From the IMG/VR virus record IMGVR_UViG_3300025127_000023, positions 5,533 through 69,532 of that record: 64,000 bases of DNA; one strand, 5' to 3'. The notes under the pieces were generated by a model. The model searched no databases and was not told the DNA's origin. It saw only the letters and a program-made list of their open reading frames with translations. Of this stretch, positions 59,325 through 64,000 are shown piece after piece (positions within the stretch are counted from its first letter, which is position 1; every line of letters begins with the position of its first letter). The translations under genes were made by a program, and so were the position numbers. The stretch comes from a virus.

Positions 59325-60672
59325 GAAAATCAAGCGCGACAAAGAACAGAAAGGTAAAACTGCTGTTTTAGTTATCGCGGTTGGTAAGCATCCCAAGATG
59401 GGTCCGGGTCCGCGCAAAGTCAAGAAAGCGGAAGAGCGCAAATCAAAATCTCAAATGCGTCGTGAGCGACGCGCGGCAAAACAAGCCAAGCGCGAGGCAT
59501 CGGGTGAAGAAAAGAAAGACGCTTCCGAGGCAGGACGAGAAGCAACCAAGAAATTGCAGATGTCCCAACGAGCCAAGAGGCATTACGACCGAATGAAGCA
59601 AAGCGGCGACCCCTCCGATGTGCGCGATTATGTTGAAAGACGAAGAATCAACATGAGGGATTTGGCAGAAGAGTTGGGTATCAGCACCGTTGACCTCGGA
59701 AGGCTCAATGTTGAGCAGGGTGCATTCCAAGCGGCGATTGACAAGTTGGCCGGTGATGAAGCAAAATCTCGCAAAGACGCGCATGAAGAGTTCATGAACA
59801 GGATTGGAGGTATGTCAATTGATGACATGGCGGGCAACTTTGCTTTAACACCGAAAGGTGGTGGCGGATTAACAAACGCGCAAAAAGAACAACTCGCAAG
59901 AATGATAGGTGTTCAAGCCACAGACATTCGTGAAAACAGCCCAATGCTTGAGAACAGAAAGTTGGACTTGTATAACGCAATGAAGGACATGGGACAACAG
60001 GCTTTCGCTACCCGACGACAACAACGGCAATCAAACCGAGCAGAACGACAAGCAAGAAGAGAATCAAGAAGAGAACGAAAGATGGGTGCGGGCAAGTCAA
60101 TTCATTTCACATCGGGTTATGACCCGAAGATGCTTGAGCAGATTGCCGCAACTCGCGGTATATCAGTTGAACAACTCTATGACATGCTTACAGGTAAAGA
60201 TGGAGGGGACGAAGAAGCATTGAACCCGCGCGGAGATTTTAGGGAGAGAGAAGATTCGCAGATGAGAACTGCTCCATCGGGACTTTTCACAACACCGTTC
60301 GCTACAACTCACGGAACAGGTATCAAAGAAACATCAAAGAAGAAGCCCGAAGTTCGCGGTGATATTTCCGGTGAGCGCGGTTCTTCTTTGAGAGGAACGG
60401 GGGCTGTTGAGGATGCAATGCATGGGTTTAGACCACCTGTTTCTTTTGGGACTTCACGCGTTGGGGAGTATCACTTACAACCCGACCAAGAAATAAATTA
60501 TGACGAGGTGGATAGAACAATGGAAAATTACCAAAGAGGAGAACCAATGGAGTTAGCCTTCCGCATACTCAAAGAGGGTATGTGCAAAGGCGATGATTGC
60601 AAAGGCTGTAAGAAATGCCACAAGTGCAAAAACTGTGGCACTAAAGAGGAATGCGCAAAAATGGGCTGTTGA
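59317..60672 (+). CDS. Basic modular protein with GEPMELAFRILK tag and Cys-rich C-terminal peptide
   Basis: AGGTGA SD; tag at 60538-60573. Confidence 0.8.
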   Translation: MSKKIKRDKEQKGKTAVLVIAVGKHPKMGPGPRKVKKAEERKSKSQMRRERRAAKQAKREASGEEKKDASEAGREATKKLQMSQRAKRHYDRMKQSGDPSDVRDYVERRRINMRDLAEELGISTVDLGRLNVEQGAFQAAIDKLAGDEAKSRKDAHEEFMNRIGGMSIDDMAGNFALTPKGGGGLTNAQKEQLARMIGVQATDIRENSPMLENRKLDLYNAMKDMGQQAFATRRQQRQSNRAERQARRESRRERKMGAGKSIHFTSGYDPKMLEQIAATRGISVEQLYDMLTGKDGGDEEALNPRGDFREREDSQMRTAPSGLFTTPFATTHGTGIKETSKKKPEVRGDISGERGSSLRGTGAVEDAMHGFRPPVSFGTSRVGEYHLQPDQEINYDEVDRTMENYQRGEPMELAFRILKEGMCKGDDCKGCKKCHKCKNCGTKEECAKMGC

Positions 60673-60674
60673 GC

Positions 60675-60836
60675 ATGGCCGTAAGCGCAGAATGGATTAG
60701 ACGCATGAACAAGCGTTGGATGCCATTTTGCGGTGCTTGCTATGCTGACGACTTTTTAACACTTGGACCGTGGGGACATTGCAGGAGTTGCGAAGAGAAG
60801 AGGGAGGAGTATGAATTACGCAATCATTATCCGTAA
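60675..60836 (+). CDS. Small Zn-finger protein
   Basis: CGAC...CRSC; ATG 2 nt after upstream stop. Confidence 0.55.
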   Translation: MAVSAEWIRRMNKRWMPFCGACYADDFLTLGPWGHCRSCEEKREEYELRNHYP

Positions 60837-62136
60837 GCGTCAAACCGAGTTGGGAGAATACCCCGGTTTTGAAGACGAGGCGTTTTCCTCCTACGGCCCA
60901 ATCACAGAATATCATGGAACGGCTTACGCGCCCGAAATAGACCGTGGCGGATTACAAGGTAATGTGATGTCGCCGCATAGAGCCGTTCGTCCTCCCGCAG
61001 ACATGGAAGGAAAACCCGTTGTTTACACAACTACCGACAAGAAACTCGCACAACAATGGGCTGAACAGCAAACGAAGAGAATGAACAAGTTTGGTAAAGA
61101 GAAGCGTAAACCAAGAGTTGTTGCCATTAGGGGGCAAGGACTTGACTACACTCCCGACCCGAAACAAGACGCAAAGAGTAGTTTCCAACAAGGGGAAGTT
61201 CGTGTAAGAACACCCAACATTCCGCGTAAAAGATTGGTAGTGCGAAAACATGCTGAATCGCCCGAAGCCAAGAAGCACAAGAAGGAATACGACACCAAGT
61301 ATGAATCAACACCAAAGCGCAAGAAGTATCGTGCTGAACTAACCCAAGAACGACGCAAGCGTGGAGTCGCGGGCAAAGGAGGCAAGGACATGAGCCACAC
61401 AGCGAGAGGCACGATTGTTCCCGAAGACCGTCATGCTAACCGCGCAAGGCATTTCAAAGAACGAGGCACACTCAAGAAGAATCTCAACCGATGGTTCAAG
61501 GAGAAGTGGGTTGATGTTTCGCGCACAGGTAAAGACGGTAAGCATCCTCCGTGTGGACGCAGTAAAGCCAAGAAAGGTAGCAAGGGCTACCCAAAGTGCC
61601 GACCAAGCGTGAAGGTATCAAGTAAGACACCGAAGACCTCCGGTTCTATGTCAACAGGAGAGAAGCGCGCGGCCACCAAACGCAAGCGTAGCAAGAAGCA
61701 AGGTGTAGGTGGCAAGCCGACAATCGTGAAAGAACAGAAGAAGTTGTTTCAGCCCGGCATAAGACAAACCAATCTATTCAACGACCAAACAGCGTTAGTG
61801 CCAACCGACTTTGCGGCAGAACAGAAAGCGAGAGAAGAGGCACAAAGACTTGCGCAAGATAAAGAAGCGCGCCGTCAAGCACAAATGGTGAAAGTGCGAG
61901 AGATGAAGTTGAAACCTCTTGACAAGTTTGGTATGTTGAAGATGCAAATGGCGAACGCGCAAATGATATTGAAAGGCGAATGCCCGACTCCGCATAAAGG
62001 GGCATATCGCAGTATGCAAGAAGCACAAGAAGCCGCGCAATATCAATCACGACAAGCAGGGCGACCAATCAGCGCATACAGATGTGTTAGTATGGGTGGC
62101 AAAGGTTGCGGAATGTTTCATTTAACAAGCGGATGA
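60811..62136 (+). CDS. Modular protein: ADP-ribosyltransferase-like domain, HNH-like basic module, RWFKEKW module, coiled segment, Zn-binding module
   Basis: GGAGG SD before ATG 60811; YHGT, VYTTTD..LA..WA, QGEVRV; KDMSH...NRAR; CGR...YPKCRP; C..K..Y...AYRC...C..FHLT. Confidence 0.75.
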   Translation: MNYAIIIRKRQTELGEYPGFEDEAFSSYGPITEYHGTAYAPEIDRGGLQGNVMSPHRAVRPPADMEGKPVVYTTTDKKLAQQWAEQQTKRMNKFGKEKRKPRVVAIRGQGLDYTPDPKQDAKSSFQQGEVRVRTPNIPRKRLVVRKHAESPEAKKHKKEYDTKYESTPKRKKYRAELTQERRKRGVAGKGGKDMSHTARGTIVPEDRHANRARHFKERGTLKKNLNRWFKEKWVDVSRTGKDGKHPPCGRSKAKKGSKGYPKCRPSVKVSSKTPKTSGSMSTGEKRAATKRKRSKKQGVGGKPTIVKEQKKLFQPGIRQTNLFNDQTALVPTDFAAEQKAREEAQRLAQDKEARRQAQMVKVREMKLKPLDKFGMLKMQMANAQMILKGECPTPHKGAYRSMQEAQEAAQYQSRQAGRPISAYRCVSMGGKGCGMFHLTSG

Positions 62137-62141
62137 GAAGG

Positions 62142-62150
62142 TTTATTTTT
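62142..62150 (+). promoter_or_regulatory. T-rich element: TATA-like box and/or archaeal oligo-T terminator
   Basis: TTTATTTTT just after the stop at 62136 and 29 nt before ATG 62171. Confidence 0.4.
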
Positions 62151-62170
62151 TACACCGCTATGGGGTAAAC

Positions 62171-62329
62171 ATGTGGTATTACCTTACGCTATTTTTAGTC
62201 GCCTTTCTTGCAGGTTTCCTAACAATGTGGTTCGCCTTTGACGACATCGGAACTGAAATCGTCTTCTTTGAAAGCGAAGAAGAACTCCAACAAATGCATT
62301 GGGAAGGTTTGAGGAAAGGTCCTCAATAA
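62171..62329 (+). CDS. 52-aa single-TM protein not in ORF track (MWYYLTLFLVAFLAGFLTMW...)
   Basis: GGGGT SD-like site, hydrophobic N-terminus, acidic tail. Confidence 0.65.
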   Translation: MWYYLTLFLVAFLAGFLTMWFAFDDIGTEIVFFESEEELQQMHWEGLRKGPQ

Positions 62330-62455
62330 TCACTCTTCTTCGGAATCCATCTCGCCCGCTATGTTGTTGACTCGGAAGAGCAGATAATCAACTACGCGGT
62401 AGCCAATCTCAATCACGACCAACAACCCAAGCAGTAAGCCAACTTCTCTCCACAT
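62330..62455 (-). CDS. 41-aa single-TM protein not in ORF track (MWREVGLLLGLLVVIEIG...DSEEE)
   Basis: ATG 5 nt after the chaperonin stop; hydrophobic N-terminus, acidic tail. Confidence 0.6.
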   Translation of the reverse strand: MWREVGLLLGLLVVIEIGYRVVDYLLFRVNNIAGEMDSEEE

Positions 62456-62460
62456 GGTTA

Positions 62461-63963
62461 TCACTTACGCGCAACAATGTCATCAATACGAAGAATGGCT
62501 GTTGCAACTTCCGTAGCACTTGTAATAATTTGACGAACCAACATTGTAGGTTCAACAACGCCTTGTTTGAATGTGTTGCAAACAGAACCAACGCCTTCAT
62601 CGTTGATGAACAGTCCGTGATTGGAAGGACAAGAACGCAACTCCATGACAACATCAAGTGGGTCCATACCTGCATTCGCGGCAATAGCGGCAGGAACAAT
62701 CTCAAGAGAGTCAGCATACGCTTCAAGGCACATACGCTCTCTTGCGCTCATTCCACTCTCTTTTTGAGCATGGTTGCGAACAGCAACAGATGCTTTGGAT
62801 AACGCCGCACCGCCACCTGCAAGAACACCATCTCCTGTGTCCTGCAAATATAGACAAGTTACACCAAGCGCGTCATCAAAGGCTCTTTCGTATTCGTCAA
62901 GTGTTTGACGGGTAGCACCGCGAACAACCATCGTTACGACGCTTGCCTTTGGCACTATCACCGATACATAGTCAAGGTCGCCAATGCGCTCATTCTTGAC
63001 GCACGACTTCTTGATTGGCTTGATGTCTTCGTTTAGCGCATCAGTGTAATGATGATAGCAAGGCTCACCTGTAATTCGTGTTAGCGCATCCATGTCGGAT
63101 TGTTGAAGTCTGCTTACGACACCGACACCCTTCTGCGACAAATACTTGACAACTGCTTCATGCACACCATCACGCACAAAGAGAACATCGCACAATTCAG
63201 CAATCTCCTGTGCGGCATGTCCAAGCATAGCCATCTCTTGTTGCTTGATTTGTTGAAGTTGAGCAGGGTCAGTTACTTGCATTTGCACTTCGGATAAATC
63301 AAATCCTTCAAGGCCACCATCAAGTAATAACATTCGCGCATCTTTGAATTGTTCTTCCGTTGGGATTGCAAAGTCTTTGTTCAACACTAACCCTTCATCA
63401 TAATACGAATCCTTCATTGAACCTCCTGCTTGAGTGATGATGCGAACTCGGTCAACATCTCCCTCAACAGCATTTGCAACTGCTACACACAACGATGCCG
63501 CGTCATCTAAATGGCTTTCTGCGGCTTTGCCTCGTAGTGCTGTCTTTGCAATCGCAATCTCATCTCCGGTATGGCCTTGCCCTTCAACAGCGTCCATTGC
63601 GATTTGACTTGCTGTGTTGTATGCACGAACAATTGTTTGAGGGTGAATCCCTCTTAACAGCAATCCTTCACTCAACGCAAGCATCTGTCCGCCAAGAACA
63701 ACAACACTTGTCGTTCCGTCTTTGCAAACCTGCTCTTGCGTTTGACTGATACCAACCATCATCTTCGCACCGGGGTGCGCAGTATCAAGTTCGCGCAGTA
63801 TCGTTACGCCATCGTTAGTCACAATCGTATGTCCTTGTTCATCAACAAGCATCTTGTCCATACCCGCAGGACCAAGAGTTGACCTCACGGTTTCTGCGAT
63901 GTTTACTGCGGCTCGTATGTTGCTGATTTGGGCTTCTCTTCCATTTTTCCTTTCGTCTGTCAT
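62461..63963 (-). CDS. Viral group II chaperonin (thermosome-like)
   Basis: STLGPAGMDKML, VTNDGVTIL, KDGTTS, AGGGA, GVVEP, ILRIDD; GGAGG SD before ATG 63963. Confidence 0.95.
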   Translation of the reverse strand: MTDERKNGREAQISNIRAAVNIAETVRSTLGPAGMDKMLVDEQGHTIVTNDGVTILRELDTAHPGAKMMVGISQTQEQVCKDGTTSVVVLGGQMLALSEGLLLRGIHPQTIVRAYNTASQIAMDAVEGQGHTGDEIAIAKTALRGKAAESHLDDAASLCVAVANAVEGDVDRVRIITQAGGSMKDSYYDEGLVLNKDFAIPTEEQFKDARMLLLDGGLEGFDLSEVQMQVTDPAQLQQIKQQEMAMLGHAAQEIAELCDVLFVRDGVHEAVVKYLSQKGVGVVSRLQQSDMDALTRITGEPCYHHYTDALNEDIKPIKKSCVKNERIGDLDYVSVIVPKASVVTMVVRGATRQTLDEYERAFDDALGVTCLYLQDTGDGVLAGGGAALSKASVAVRNHAQKESGMSARERMCLEAYADSLEIVPAAIAANAGMDPLDVVMELRSCPSNHGLFINDEGVGSVCNTFKQGVVEPTMLVRQIITSATEVATAILRIDDIVARK

Positions 63964-64000
63964 GTCTATTCCTCCTTCCAAAGCACCTCAATATCTGTGA

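Noticed and set aside
63966-64000. Possible 3' end of an upstream minus-strand gene (...TDIEVLWKEE stop)
   Set aside because: Only 10 codons are visible at the window edge, too little to support a call
1-64000. tRNA, rRNA, integrase or transposase genes
   Set aside because: None recognised; almost no non-coding space exists apart from 2000-2134

Overview
The window is a 64-kb, almost fully coding segment of a head-tailed (HK97-fold) archaeal virus genome, most likely a magrovirus of Marine Group II/Poseidoniales Euryarchaeota. This is inferred from GGAGGTGA/GGTGA Shine-Dalgarno sites, a viral group II chaperonin, and the order terminase, LAGLIDADG protein, portal, ligase-like giant protein, prohead protease, major capsid protein, neck, tail tube, chaperones, tape measure, 5657-aa tail protein, fibre. 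Nearly all genes are on + up to 62329, and the chaperonin block is on -. Two candidate undescribed systems stand out. (1) A putative capsid-cargo tagging and processing system: at least eight unrelated non-tail proteins carry a short helix P-x-[DE]-x-A-[WF]-x-h-L-K, and modular proteins appear delimited by hydrophobic-hydrophobic-Lys sites like those flanking the prohead protease domain and the capsid propeptide. The modules include an ADP-ribosyltransferase-like domain, a LAGLIDADG domain, a degenerate ligase, a HiPIP-like domain and basic DNA-binding-like peptides. (2) An operon with an Arf-like small GTPase, three small membrane proteins and Gln-rich proteins, a candidate membrane-remodelling or egress module. 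Also seen: a -1 frameshift site in the tail chaperone pair, a duplicated scaffold C-terminal motif, apparent avoidance of many restriction-type motifs with CGCG enrichment, and three small ORFs missed by the ORF track. All family calls come from motif recognition by eye; no database searches were run.
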